In this document: piece by piece, positions 43,323 through 53,271 of the stretch
Layout: each line of letters opens with the position of its first letter
Numbering within the stretch: position 1 is the first letter of the stretch
Virus record (IMG/VR): IMGVR_UViG_3300036770_005682
Location: 73,812-137,811 of that record
DNA: 64,000 nucleotides
Source: a virus
Reading direction: 5' to 3' (one strand)
Translations under genes and position numbers: made by a program
The notes under the pieces: model-generated
Databases searched by the model: none
What the model was told of the DNA's origin: nothing
Seen by the model: the letters and a program-made list of their open reading frames with translations, nothing else

Positions 43323-45070
43323 TACTTCCTACCCCCGGTGGTAGCTACAGAAACATTAGCTAATCCCACAGTAGATAATACAACACTTACAGTCACTATG
43401 GCGCGACGCGCGCCAACAGAAACCACGGAACCAGTTGGTACATAGGTGTCAAACTGTCCGCCGTATACGTTGATTTCTTCCTCGAAGGCTGCCCTAACCT
43501 CCTCGGGCGCAGACTGGACTGCTTCAATTATTTGTTCGGCTTGTTCTTCCGTAAGTTCTTCAACCGGAATGGCTGCAAAAACCTCAGCAGCCTGCTCTTC
43601 CGAGAGAGCCTGTACAACTTCGGTGCTAGTTGCCAACTCCAGAGCAACTTCATCTGATATTGCTTCTTCTTCAATAAGTTTGGTAAGTATTGCATCAATC
43701 TGTTCCTCGCTAGCGTCCCCCGATAAGAGAACGTCAACAGCAGCAGATATGTTTTCGTCTGTAATCGGCTCATTTAGTAAGTCATCTACCGCGTTTTGTA
43801 TTTGGACCGCTTTTTCTTCATCTTCGTTGTCTGGCGCTGGTTCAGGTAACGGAGTCTGCGGACTCGGCTCAACAGGTGCCTCCTGTGTAGTCGTTGGTGT
43901 AATTATAGGTTCTGGCTCAGTAGTGGTAGTGGTAATAGGTTTTAGAGAACTCGTAGTAGACGGAATAGTTGTTGGGGTATCTGTCGTAGTTGGTTCTTGA
44001 GTAACTACCGGAGCCTCTGTAGTAGTTGGCTCAGGCGCGACAGTAGTTGTGGTTGTTTCTGGGGCAACAGTGCTAGTGGTTGTACTAGTAGTGGTGGTAG
44101 TACTGGTGGTAGTTGTACTGGTGGTAGTTGTACTGGTGGTGGTGGTGATTACACCCCCTGAATATTCAAGAACAATGTAAAGTCGTTTATACGTCCCACC
44201 ACATGGGTCGCCGAATATGGAATTATTAGAAGAAATTGTGGCAGACGATAAACCAATAAACGATTCAGATACTTGCTGTATCGTGTTTGTCGCGTGACAT
44301 GGACCCTGCGTGAACTGTCCATTCAGTCCTTCGGGGTTGCCGTAGCTAGCAAAAACAACAGAGGTAAACGTCCCATTGTTTGGTGCCTCTATGAATAAAT
44401 CCCAACCTTCATCTGCTTGCGCCCAAACCATATTGTCCGTCAATTGATAGGGAACATTGTCAACAGGGAAAACAGGAGCGGGCGGCGAATAAGCGCATGG
44501 ACGACCCCCTCCGCCACCAGAACATTCCTGCCATCCAATGTCCGATGTCCAGTTATTGGTCCCATTGAATTCCGTATTTTGGAGAAGTTCATCTCCGTCA
44601 ACCGTGAGTGAAGCGGATTCAATTCTTGTTCCGTAGTTACCGGCCCAAAATTCCCCATCGCTTCCGTATATCGAAACCCTGACAGTCGCTACAGCAGACC
44701 AACCTGCGTCGCCAACTCCGTTTTTATCAACAGTCAATGAAAAATCAGAAAAAACAGTCGAATCAACAGAGATATTCCCAGTTGAGTGTTGGTATATAAG
44801 TCCGCCACCTTGCCCGTAGAGCAATATGCCGATATTTAGTACGTCTGAAGATGGTTTCCAGTCCTGTGTTTCAGAAGCACTGACTTTTAGTTCTAACGTA
44901 GATTTGCCATTGAGGCTGGTGTACACATCCTGATATATGTTTGCACCCTGGAATCCAAACACAAAAACATTTCCGTCAAGAGCATGAGCTGTCCTGGGGA
45001 TTGCTGAAACTGATATCCATGCGCACAATGTCAACAGAATCCAAATACCTCGAATACTGCGCAATCGCAT
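43322..45070 (-). CDS. secreted/membrane protein with SUEL-type (Gal/Rha-binding) lectin domain and Thr-rich stalk
   Basis: Signal peptide; FASYG.P.G.....G.CHA...FGDPC.GTYKRL...Y; poly-Thr; acidic helical domain; C-terminal TM. Confidence 0.8.
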   Translation of the reverse strand: MRLRSIRGIWILLTLCAWISVSAIPRTAHALDGNVFVFGFQGANIYQDVYTSLNGKSTLELKVSASETQDWKPSSDVLNIGILLYGQGGGLIYQHSTGNISVDSTVFSDFSLTVDKNGVGDAGWSAVATVRVSIYGSDGEFWAGNYGTRIESASLTVDGDELLQNTEFNGTNNWTSDIGWQECSGGGGGRPCAYSPPAPVFPVDNVPYQLTDNMVWAQADEGWDLFIEAPNNGTFTSVVFASYGNPEGLNGQFTQGPCHATNTIQQVSESFIGLSSATISSNNSIFGDPCGGTYKRLYIVLEYSGGVITTTTSTTTTSTTTTSTTTTTSTTTSTVAPETTTTTVAPEPTTTEAPVVTQEPTTTDTPTTIPSTTSSLKPITTTTTEPEPIITPTTTQEAPVEPSPQTPLPEPAPDNEDEEKAVQIQNAVDDLLNEPITDENISAAVDVLLSGDASEEQIDAILTKLIEEEAISDEVALELATSTEVVQALSEEQAAEVFAAIPVEELTEEQAEQIIEAVQSAPEEVRAAFEEEINVYGGQFDTYVPTGSVVSVGARRAIVTVSVVLSTVGLANVSVATTGGRK

Positions 45071-45166
45071 TACACCTCCAGACTAGCTAATTTTATCATT
45101 AGCCAGCATGGCTAATGGGGTCATTCTTTCGTTGTATAATTAGCAAAACGCGTTTAGTGAGGTGCA

Positions 45167-46048
45167 ATGACTCTTCAGGTATTTACAGCTGGGCAAACAC
45201 TTACCGCAGCACAGATGAATACGCTGCAGGCAAGTACTTACAACTATCCACTGTCAACAGTTTCAGGAACAACTTATACAGTTGAATCCGATGACGTGGG
45301 CCATATTTTGGTTTTTACAAGCAATGCCAACCCGGTGACAGTAACTGTTCCAGCAAGCTTGAGCATTAACAATGGCGACTCAATAGAAATTGTTTATGGA
45401 GGGACTGGCTCGTTGTCAATTAGCGGCGCAGTCGGGGTGACAATCAATTCAGAGGGCTCTCTTACTTCCATCAGCAGCAGATGGGGAAGGGTGTCGCTGG
45501 TAAAAACCGCCGCCGATACTTACCTGCTTTCATGGATGACATCAATCACGGAAGCCGAAATATCTGCTGGCTCAGTAACCGAAGGGAAAATTGGTACTGG
45601 AGCAGTAACATCAGCAAAACTTGGCTCAGACCTAGACCTCAATGGCACAACAGAAATTGACGAAATTGTAGAGACGGTTGTTATAAATGAAACTGCCTTG
45701 ACGGGGACGGTAAACATCGATGCCAAAAGCGGCGCTGTTCATTACTTCACGTCGAATTCATCAGCCAACTGGACATGGAACTTTAGGGGCGATGGTTCAA
45801 CAACTCTTAACTCAATGTTAGATACAGGCCAATCAATGACATTTGCTTTATTTGCCACAAATGGTGCTAATGCATACAAGCCAACGTCCTTAACCGTCGA
45901 TACAACAGGAACGGTATCGGTGAAGTGGTTTGGGGGGAACTCGTATCCATCCGGCAATGCCAGCTCCGTTGATTGCTATACAGTTACAATCGTTAAAACA
46001 GCAGCAGACACGTATACAGCATTTGCTAGCCAATCAAAGTTTGCGTAG
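45167..46048 (+). CDS. virion/tail-fibre-like protein
   Basis: F.AGQ.LTAAQMN N-terminus; beta-rich; W.GG..PS.....D.Y....KTA C-terminal module. Confidence 0.7.
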   Translation: MTLQVFTAGQTLTAAQMNTLQASTYNYPLSTVSGTTYTVESDDVGHILVFTSNANPVTVTVPASLSINNGDSIEIVYGGTGSLSISGAVGVTINSEGSLTSISSRWGRVSLVKTAADTYLLSWMTSITEAEISAGSVTEGKIGTGAVTSAKLGSDLDLNGTTEIDEIVETVVINETALTGTVNIDAKSGAVHYFTSNSSANWTWNFRGDGSTTLNSMLDTGQSMTFALFATNGANAYKPTSLTVDTTGTVSVKWFGGNSYPSGNASSVDCYTVTIVKTAADTYTAFASQSKFA

Positions 46049-46054
46049 GTAATC

Positions 46055-47260
46055 ATGCCGTTTCTTGGAGGACGCGGACAGTCATCTAGGGGTTATTTCG
46101 GTGGTGGAACAACGCCTGACGCCCCTACCTCATTGTCCTCGACTGCCGGCGACCAGCAGCTATTCATAGCATTTACCGCCCCAGCGTTCAATGGCGGCCT
46201 TGATATAACCAACTACGAATATGCCATATCGTCCAACGGCGGTTCGACATACAGCGTGTGGACACCGATATCTCCTCCAGACACAACGTCGCCAGTAACA
46301 ATTCCAGGCTTAATAAACGGCACCACATATTACGTTAAATTGCGTGCAGTAAACTCTCTTGGTGGCGGCGTTGAATCCGCTGCACTGAGCACCAACACAA
46401 CTCCATACACAGTCCCATCAAGCCCCACTGTCACAAAAACAGCAGACACAGATACCACAGTTACGTGGACATGGTCGTCCAACGGTAACGGCGGAAATGC
46501 AATTACACAGTGGGGATATAGTCTATCTACAGACAATGGGGCCACATGGGGAGCAGAAACAGTAGTCGGCGCAGGAACTACAACATTTAGCAAGACCATT
46601 CAAAGCGGCTCTACGTATGATACGAGTAGCTACCTTCTTAGGGCTAGGGCTTACAACGCTGCAGAATGGGGTCCATATGGGCAGGCAGCGTCGCAGTCTG
46701 TTCCATGGGTCTACGAAACGCGCAATACAGTCGAGACGGACACTAGCTGTACAGATGGAAGCTGTTCTTCAACATCGTCGACTTCACGCTCGTGTGGAAC
46801 ATGCGGTACAGAGTCTGGAACAACAACCGGCACAAGAACAAGAAGCAGAACTCGCACTAACGTAGAATACAGATACACAAAAACTGGATACACGGCATCC
46901 GCATGGGAGGTTTCAACGTATGGCGAGTGGTCTGCATACACATACACTGATTGGTCTTACTCGACATCCTGGAGTGGAACATGTACCGAAAGTGGATGCG
47001 GCGGTGCGGGATGGACAAATGTCGGTTCAGAATATCATGGACAGTACGTCACTGCTAGCGGCTTAACTCTATTTATCACATACTGGGACCTCGATGCAAA
47101 CAATACTGGCCCAACTGGATACGGTGGTTCAATCCAGAACGGATGTAGCGAGTCTACGCCATCTGGATACACTCAGGCCGTTTACTACCTCTACAGATGC
47201 ACAGCAACTGGAGCACTATGCTTCTCCTATGCTGGATGCTGGGCTGTACCGGACACATAA
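46055..47260 (+). CDS. fibronectin type III repeat protein with Cys/Thr-rich C-terminus
   Basis: Two FN3 repeats (P.APT...FTAP..NGG..IT.Y.Y...GL.NGT.Y...RAVN..G). Confidence 0.85.
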   Translation: MPFLGGRGQSSRGYFGGGTTPDAPTSLSSTAGDQQLFIAFTAPAFNGGLDITNYEYAISSNGGSTYSVWTPISPPDTTSPVTIPGLINGTTYYVKLRAVNSLGGGVESAALSTNTTPYTVPSSPTVTKTADTDTTVTWTWSSNGNGGNAITQWGYSLSTDNGATWGAETVVGAGTTTFSKTIQSGSTYDTSSYLLRARAYNAAEWGPYGQAASQSVPWVYETRNTVETDTSCTDGSCSSTSSTSRSCGTCGTESGTTTGTRTRSRTRTNVEYRYTKTGYTASAWEVSTYGEWSAYTYTDWSYSTSWSGTCTESGCGGAGWTNVGSEYHGQYVTASGLTLFITYWDLDANNTGPTGYGGSIQNGCSESTPSGYTQAVYYLYRCTATGALCFSYAGCWAVPDT

Positions 47261-47270
47261 AGGAACATGA

Positions 47271-47855
47271 ATGTCGCAAACCTCGAATAAAGAGATGCTC
47301 AGGCTAACTGGATTCCCTAGGAGCGGGAACAAGTTTGTCATATCCGCAGTAAAGCTTCTTTACTTCCCAGAGCTAGACCATAATTCTACATACCACTCAC
47401 CAGATGGTGTATTTTCTAATACGGAATATCCTAATTTATTCGTTGTTAGAAATCCAAAAGATGCAGTTTCATCCTGGGTGTATCATGCGCGACACAATAT
47501 GGGGGAGAGGAATAACCCCAACTACGCGCCACCTGGTTCCCTTTTGTTTTATGAATCATTTCTGTTGGCAGCCCTAAACAATATAGAAAATGTCTGCATA
47601 TTGTCATTCGACAGCTTTACTAACGATATTGAATACATAAAACAAAGAATAAACAATGCTTTCATGATTGAAAATACTGGCGAAGCAACGGTGCAAGATG
47701 TAAAAGACTATATGACAACTAATTCGATGGAACTAAGCTTGCCCTCAGACGCAGACCTAACAGGGCTAAGAATTGAAACAGAGTCAGACCCCGAATATGC
47801 AAGAATATACAGCCTGTATCAAGACATTATAGAAGCACACGACATTCAGGGCTAG
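47271..47855 (+). CDS. sulfotransferase-like protein
   Basis: GFPRSGN 5'-PSB loop and VRNP.D...S 3'-PB motif. Confidence 0.7.
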   Translation: MSQTSNKEMLRLTGFPRSGNKFVISAVKLLYFPELDHNSTYHSPDGVFSNTEYPNLFVVRNPKDAVSSWVYHARHNMGERNNPNYAPPGSLLFYESFLLAALNNIENVCILSFDSFTNDIEYIKQRINNAFMIENTGEATVQDVKDYMTTNSMELSLPSDADLTGLRIETESDPEYARIYSLYQDIIEAHDIQG

Positions 47856-48116
47856 TTACCATTTCCCAATTGGGCAAGTTGCACCAAGAAGTGTGGTTTT
47901 TAAGTTCATAAAGCACCCACACTCTTTACATCTAGACGATTCACTGATGAAGTGCTCACATTCAGTACATATGGCAAAACGTTCATCTTGCACCTCTTTG
48001 CTCGCGTAGGTTGTCAGTGGGTTAACGAAACTAAGCGGTGTGACACCATTTTTTAAGTGTTTTTGTAGTTTTTCTTGCTTCCACTTTTCCCAAAACGAAA
48101 TGTCCATAAATGCCAT
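47856..48116 (-). CDS. small Cys-rich protein (DUF6171-like)
   Basis: R..IC..C......C..CGCFM..KT......CP.GKW. Confidence 0.8.
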   Translation of the reverse strand: MAFMDISFWEKWKQEKLQKHLKNGVTPLSFVNPLTTYASKEVQDERFAICTECEHFISESSRCKECGCFMNLKTTLLGATCPIGKW

Positions 48117-48164
48117 TTACTCCACTGGATTCCGATATTATTGACGTACTGACGAAAGGTTATC

Positions 48165-48917
48165 ATGATAGTTCTAGTAATTGGATTGCCGGGGTCTGGT
48201 AAAACAGCACTTGCAGAGCAGCTATCAAAGCGGACAAATTCTGTTCACCTAAACGGAGACGACGTCAGGTCTGAACTGAGTTCAGACTTAGGATTTTCTC
48301 ACGAGGACAGACTTGAGCAGGCCAGAAGAATGGGTTCCATGGCCAGAATATTGGAACGCCAGGGACTTGACGTAGTCGTAGACTTCGTATGTCCTACTAA
48401 CGAAACTCGCCTATCTTTTGGACATGCAGACCACATCTTGTGGGTAGACAGAATCGATAAAAGTAGATATGAAGACACCAATTTAATGTGGGAAAATCCT
48501 TCTTCTTACACTCTTCGCATAAAACACGGCTTATCGATAGAAGACGAGGTTCATGCGTCTATTTCTGCTTGCGGGATGTTTGACTGGCGCAAGCCTACGA
48601 CGCTAATGCTTGGAAGATACCAGCCGTGGCATGAAGGACACGATGCATTGCTGCAGGAATCTCAAAAAAATGGTGGACAGCATGTGCTGGCAGTACGCGA
48701 TACGTACCAAACATCGGTAAAAGACCCATTTGATTATGAATTTGTTAAGTCGAAAATTCTGGAATCTCGCCCTGAAGCTTTTGTTATAAAAATGCCAAAC
48801 ATTACGAAAATAGTATATGGACGAGATGTCGGGTATTCAATAGAAAAAATTTCCCTTGATGAAAAGACGGAATCAATCTCAGCAACAGACAAACGCAAAG
48901 AGATGGGGATAATCTAA
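48165..48917 (+). CDS. adenylyl-sulfate kinase-like domain fused to a cytidylyltransferase-like domain
   Basis: GLPGSGKT, LNGD.VR..L..DLGFS..DR; GRYQPWH.GH, YGRDVGY, ISAT..R. Confidence 0.85.
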   Translation: MIVLVIGLPGSGKTALAEQLSKRTNSVHLNGDDVRSELSSDLGFSHEDRLEQARRMGSMARILERQGLDVVVDFVCPTNETRLSFGHADHILWVDRIDKSRYEDTNLMWENPSSYTLRIKHGLSIEDEVHASISACGMFDWRKPTTLMLGRYQPWHEGHDALLQESQKNGGQHVLAVRDTYQTSVKDPFDYEFVKSKILESRPEAFVIKMPNITKIVYGRDVGYSIEKISLDEKTESISATDKRKEMGII

Positions 48918-49133
48918 ATGGCCAAAGAAGCTCGCCCGTGGGACTTATTTAAACGTAGCACTCAGTATGTATCAGATGAGATTCAAGAAGCACGTTATTC
49001 AATTTGTGAGAACTGCGAGTTCTTCAGACATTCGACACGCCAGTGCCGCAAGTGTGGATGCTTCATGCATATCAAGACAACTATGGCTCATGCAGAGTGC
49101 CCGATAGGCAAATGGTCAGCCGTTAATCTGTAA
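48918..49133 (+). CDS. small Cys-rich protein (DUF6171-like), paralog of 47856..48116
   Basis: Same C..C/C..CGCFM..KT/CP.GKW pattern. Confidence 0.8.
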   Translation: MAKEARPWDLFKRSTQYVSDEIQEARYSICENCEFFRHSTRQCRKCGCFMHIKTTMAHAECPIGKWSAVNL

Positions 49134-49827
49134 AAAGATACTTGCCTTGCGGCGTATCGTCTGTGTCTGCCACGAAATCGAGAACACGTTTTTCTGAGTA
49201 TAGAAATGAACTAATGATTAGTTTGGGCCCAGATATGGGTATTCGCGCCTCGTGAGGGTGCGTCCAGTTTGCCGGGAATATTGCGATGCGTCCTTTTTTG
49301 GGTTTCACTAATACGTTCTGATACCTAAAAGCTGTTTCGCCGCCCTCTATTACGTCGTTCATATACATAACAACACCCGCAACTCGACCATTGTTGTGTT
49401 GATTATCGTTCCATGGGTCTCCATCTATGTGTTCTTTGTACATCCCGACTTTTGGCTCATACCACTGCCACTGATACCCACTATCAAATATCCCTGGGGA
49501 GTAATTGAGCCAGTCATAAATCCGCATGTACTCAGAGACACAAGCATGAAACGGGTCGTATATGGCTGAACACAACCCGTCGTACTCCATACGTTCTGAC
49601 GAATAATCGTTGTCTTTGAATCTAAATTCTTCTGTCCATTTTACGGATGGGTCCGTACCGCCGATTGTGTAACCACCAACAGCTAAGTCTCTGTGTGTCT
49701 CAAAAAAATCAAAAATTGCGTCACAAAGGTTTGCGGGTAACGCGTTATCAAAAATAACTATTCCGCCACCATGGCCAGCTGGCATATCAACAGAGATATT
49801 TACTTCTTCTTGAATTTTTGTTTCCAA
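49123..49827 (-). CDS. 2OG-Fe(II) oxygenase
   Basis: HID, Y.NDV..GGET.F, IFP..WTHPH, K. Confidence 0.88.
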   Translation of the reverse strand: METKIQEEVNISVDMPAGHGGGIVIFDNALPANLCDAIFDFFETHRDLAVGGYTIGGTDPSVKWTEEFRFKDNDYSSERMEYDGLCSAIYDPFHACVSEYMRIYDWLNYSPGIFDSGYQWQWYEPKVGMYKEHIDGDPWNDNQHNNGRVAGVVMYMNDVIEGGETAFRYQNVLVKPKKGRIAIFPANWTHPHEARIPISGPKLIISSFLYSEKRVLDFVADTDDTPQGKYLFTD

Positions 49828-50627
49828 TTTTTTGTTCCTTCTTCTTGCTGTCGCAATTCTTCATCAATTTTGGCTTTTTCTTGGCGGTAAGATTTTCCAG
49901 CATCAGACCTGTCGCCAACAAGATGGCCTATAGGCATAATGTATCCAGAACCAAGCCCTCTACCTGTCGCTAGTTTAAATTTGTCTTCGCTTTCAAATAT
50001 TATTTCAGTTAGTTCAGGAGAGCGTTTAAAAGGAATGATGCGCGCTATCGGCGTATTCCATTTTATTACAAAGGGCTGGTCTCCCTTAAGGTTAAGAACA
50101 ATATTTGCATTGTGATAAAAATCTGTATGCACAACTGCTGGCAAAACGTCGTAGTGCTCATTTGGCTCATACGGAATAGGCATAATTATAGATGACCAAC
50201 CTGGTGCTGTGATGAAGCACCAAGGGTTGACCAGTTTTGGGTATTCGCTGTTTTCTATTTTTCGCACGCTTGTCATTGGGCATGCTCCAGTTGATTCATA
50301 TGAGAAAGGGCTATTTTCGAACTTTAGCGGTTCTGTTGAAAAATCCCCCATAGCGAATTCCCATCCAAGCCCTATCGGTGATGGCCTGAAATGAACATTT
50401 GTCCACATCGGTATCGTGACACCCATTGTGAGCAAATCCTGTGTACCTGCACATTTTCTAATAGAGCCTTTATGTTTACCGGCTGACTTGAACCATCCAG
50501 GCAAATTGACCATTGAATTGATGTATGGTGCGGCATCAAATAGACGTTCGTCTTCTGGAACTATGACTATTTGCCCAGGCTTTGGTTTTGTTATTTTTGA
50601 ATAACCTTTGTTACTGCCGAATTTCAT
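49800..50627 (-). CDS. conserved phage protein found in oxygenase clusters (DUF6065-like beta fold)
   Basis: P.WFK, ..KC....D....G..IP.W, K..NPW...T.PG.S, ..V.TD.Y, TP....IP.KR. Confidence 0.6.
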   Translation of the reverse strand: MKFGSNKGYSKITKPKPGQIVIVPEDERLFDAAPYINSMVNLPGWFKSAGKHKGSIRKCAGTQDLLTMGVTIPMWTNVHFRPSPIGLGWEFAMGDFSTEPLKFENSPFSYESTGACPMTSVRKIENSEYPKLVNPWCFITAPGWSSIIMPIPYEPNEHYDVLPAVVHTDFYHNANIVLNLKGDQPFVIKWNTPIARIIPFKRSPELTEIIFESEDKFKLATGRGLGSGYIMPIGHLVGDRSDAGKSYRQEKAKIDEELRQQEEGTKNWKQKFKKK

Positions 50628-52086
50628 TGAGCGCCTCTGCATGGTCTACCAATTCATGGTTGTATCGTCCAAGCCTGAATTCGGACATGTCTTTCGAAAC
50701 CATAACCCGTATATCTAGTCTGTCTATCGCCCGGGATGCTACCGCTTCGTTCAGCACGCCCTGGCCCTGGGCAACATGGAACATGTGTGGCCCCAGAAAC
50801 ATCTCTCCATGAATATGTGAGTAATCGTTTCTTGTTGGTGGACGCTCTTGCCATAGCTCGAGCATTTCGGCAAGTGAGTCATTGACTTTTGCGTTTTTAG
50901 AAGCCACCCAAAATTCTGAGTTAGTTTTGTCAGTGTAATAGTGCAACCTAATCATTGACAAAATATTGTCCATCATGATGGATATCGTCTTGTTGTAGTG
51001 CTTCTGTGATGCAGTGTGCACTTTGTCGTATGTTGCAAGATACGGTATCAAAAGTTTTATTTGTTGAATTGTTGAGCCGATGCTTGTTGCCTCAAGCGGC
51101 TCTACAAAGCCTGAAGCAAGACCTACGGCGACGCAGTTTTTCACCCATTGTTGCTCGAGGTAACCGGGGTCAAATTTAAAAACGCGCGGTGACGTTGGCT
51201 CCACTCCAACCATATCTGCGGCTTCACTGATTGCTTTTTCATCTGAAATAAAGCCAGATGAATAAACGTACCCATTACCCCGACGTTCCTGTGTTGGGAT
51301 TTCCCATATCCATCCAGCGCTGGCTGCCCGTGCTCTCGTATATGACTTGATTTTTCCTGATGGGTCCGATGCTGTCGGGAAAGCAATTGCAGAATCGCAC
51401 AATAGGTATTCTGAGAAGCTGACCCAATTTGCATCTGATATTTTGGATATCAGAGTTCTAGAAAAACCAGAAGCATCAACCCAAAAATCAGCTTGAAGCG
51501 TTAGTCCATCTGTGGTTTTTACTTCCGTGATTGTCCCATGCTCTGGTTCGACTAGGCAATCTTCAACCTCTCCGTCAACCATTTTGATTGCCCTACTGAA
51601 GCACAGTTCGATAAAAAATGCATTCAATTTGAAAGTATCAAAATGAAACTGGTTCACATTGTTGTGAAGATTGTGTCTCTGTACTTTGTCTTGTATGAGG
51701 CCAGCAGATGACGTTTGACTGGTGATGCTTCTTCCAGATTCAAGTATCCCCATGTAGGTGGCATAATGCCCCCACGCAAAAACATTTTCGTCTCCAGTGA
51801 CGCTGTGGAAATAGTCAGGGAAAGCGTTCGACCACCCCTCAAAACGTATCCCATATTTATGCGTGGCTGCAGTCTTGCTTAATAAATCAGCCAGCGGTAT
51901 GTCGCATACCTGCATAAACTGCTTCCAGTGCTCCGTGCTTCCCTCTCCAACGCCAACTATTCCAATCTTGCTAGAAGACAAAATAGTTATTTCAGCACGT
52001 GGGAAGGCGCGTCTAAGCATTAAGGCCGAAATAAGGCCAGCTGTTCCGGAGCCAATTATTCCAATAGAAAACTTTTCTCTATTCAT
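50611..52086 (-). CDS. flavin-dependent halogenase (tryptophan-halogenase family)
   Basis: GSGTAG FAD loop, VGEGS, K.GI.F..W, DASGF, WIWEIP (WxWxIP), GFVEPLEATSI. Confidence 0.9.
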   Translation of the reverse strand: MNREKFSIGIIGSGTAGLISALMLRRAFPRAEITILSSSKIGIVGVGEGSTEHWKQFMQVCDIPLADLLSKTAATHKYGIRFEGWSNAFPDYFHSVTGDENVFAWGHYATYMGILESGRSITSQTSSAGLIQDKVQRHNLHNNVNQFHFDTFKLNAFFIELCFSRAIKMVDGEVEDCLVEPEHGTITEVKTTDGLTLQADFWVDASGFSRTLISKISDANWVSFSEYLLCDSAIAFPTASDPSGKIKSYTRARAASAGWIWEIPTQERRGNGYVYSSGFISDEKAISEAADMVGVEPTSPRVFKFDPGYLEQQWVKNCVAVGLASGFVEPLEATSIGSTIQQIKLLIPYLATYDKVHTASQKHYNKTISIMMDNILSMIRLHYYTDKTNSEFWVASKNAKVNDSLAEMLELWQERPPTRNDYSHIHGEMFLGPHMFHVAQGQGVLNEAVASRAIDRLDIRVMVSKDMSEFRLGRYNHELVDHAEALNEIRQ

Positions 52087-52088
52087 GC

Positions 52089-52799
52089 TCAACGCTTTAT
52101 GAGTGTGGTGACGGCAACAAAACCCTGTGCATGATAAATATCAAAGTCACCCCTATTTTTGATATTGAGATGTGTTTCTTTTGTAAAAGAATCGCCACCA
52201 TACATTTCGCCTGCGATGCTCGACTCATTGATACACACAACGCCGCCAGGTTTAATTGAATCAAGAATCGTATTTAGGAGTGATTCATCGATAAGGGTCA
52301 TGCCTCCAGAGATAAGACCAAAATCGTATTGTCTGTCGTCAATTTCATCGAAACCTATGACATTGAGGTTTGACCATTTTGATGTGTCAAGATACCTGTC
52401 CGCTAGAAGAAGTTGAAGGCTTGACGGCGTGTACACATTCTGGCTTGCGATACATGCCATATCTATTGCCGAAGCGAAGCCAATGACAAAACAATCAACA
52501 GGGTCGCACATTCTCAGGTGCATTTCAACTGGCGCTACAACAGACTTAATCATCGACCTGAATGCCGGCAACACAGGAATTGTGTAGTGGTAATAATCAG
52601 TAAGGACCCCAAGAATTCTGGAATCTACATTTCTAGAATTCCATATTTCGTTAACCGTATTGTAAAACTCTACAAAGCTATCCTCGTCTGGAAGAATACT
52701 CTCCTCACGGGATGCCACGGTGTGAAAATCCGTTACTTCTGCTGCTGCAATTGCTGCCTGTACAGCTGCAGGAACGTCGTTTGATGAAGTATCAGACAC
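52089..52799 (-). CDS. degenerate Rossmann methyltransferase-like protein
   Basis: YDF.......L...KPGGV motif; weak match. Confidence 0.5.
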   Translation of the reverse strand: MSDTSSNDVPAAVQAAIAAAEVTDFHTVASREESILPDEDSFVEFYNTVNEIWNSRNVDSRILGVLTDYYHYTIPVLPAFRSMIKSVVAPVEMHLRMCDPVDCFVIGFASAIDMACIASQNVYTPSSLQLLLADRYLDTSKWSNLNVIGFDEIDDRQYDFGLISGGMTLIDESLLNTILDSIKPGGVVCINESSIAGEMYGGDSFTKETHLNIKNRGDFDIYHAQGFVAVTTLIKR

Positions 52800-53028
52800 C
52801 CTCCACCTCCAGGCCGCGCAACATTTCCACTATGTAAACAATTCTGCGCAATTCATATTTCAGACGTTTTTTGGTTGTTTGGGATACCGGGCATGAAGAT
52901 ATGGCATCCCTAACTTGTGTGTAATTTGAACTATCTGGAAGCACTGGCTCAATACCGGCTACAGAACAAATATATGTAGACCGGGACAGAATGTAGTCCA
53001 TATGTTTTTCATGGTCGTAAAGGGGCAT
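52792..53028 (-). CDS. hypothetical protein
   Basis: Coupled operon gene. Confidence 0.65.
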   Translation of the reverse strand: MPLYDHEKHMDYILSRSTYICSVAGIEPVLPDSSNYTQVRDAISSCPVSQTTKKRLKYELRRIVYIVEMLRGLEVEGV

Positions 53029-53040
53029 GCGCCGATACTA

Positions 53041-53271
53041 TCAGTCGTCTTCCGACTCCATGGGAATGTACGGTGCTAGGGAATCGAGACCCCAGCACCC
53101 GCTGATGCCAGCAGCGACGTCACTAGATAATCCATTTCCCCAATCAAGGATATATATTGACTGGAGCTCTCCTTCATTAAGTTGTGTGACCGCTATCTCA
53201 GGACTGCCCTGTGGCAAGTTGCTCTGGTCTCCGACAAATATGCGGCTTTCTGTGTTTCGTGGAGAGGTCAT
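53041..53271 (-). CDS. hypothetical protein
   Basis: ATGA overlap with the oxygenase stop. Confidence 0.65.
   Translation of the reverse strand: MTSPRNTESRIFVGDQSNLPQGSPEIAVTQLNEGELQSIYILDWGNGLSSDVAAGISGCWGLDSLAPYIPMESEDD

Noticed and set aside
44040-44150. GTGGTAGTTGTACTG-type tandem repeats
   Set aside because: Explained by the poly-Thr/Ser stalk of the lectin protein
36950-46110. Partial motif matches CGGTGGTGGAA at about 36950 and 46099
   Set aside because: Both lie inside genes encoding Pro or Gly runs and lack the GA prefix, GA suffix and CGGGGCT element
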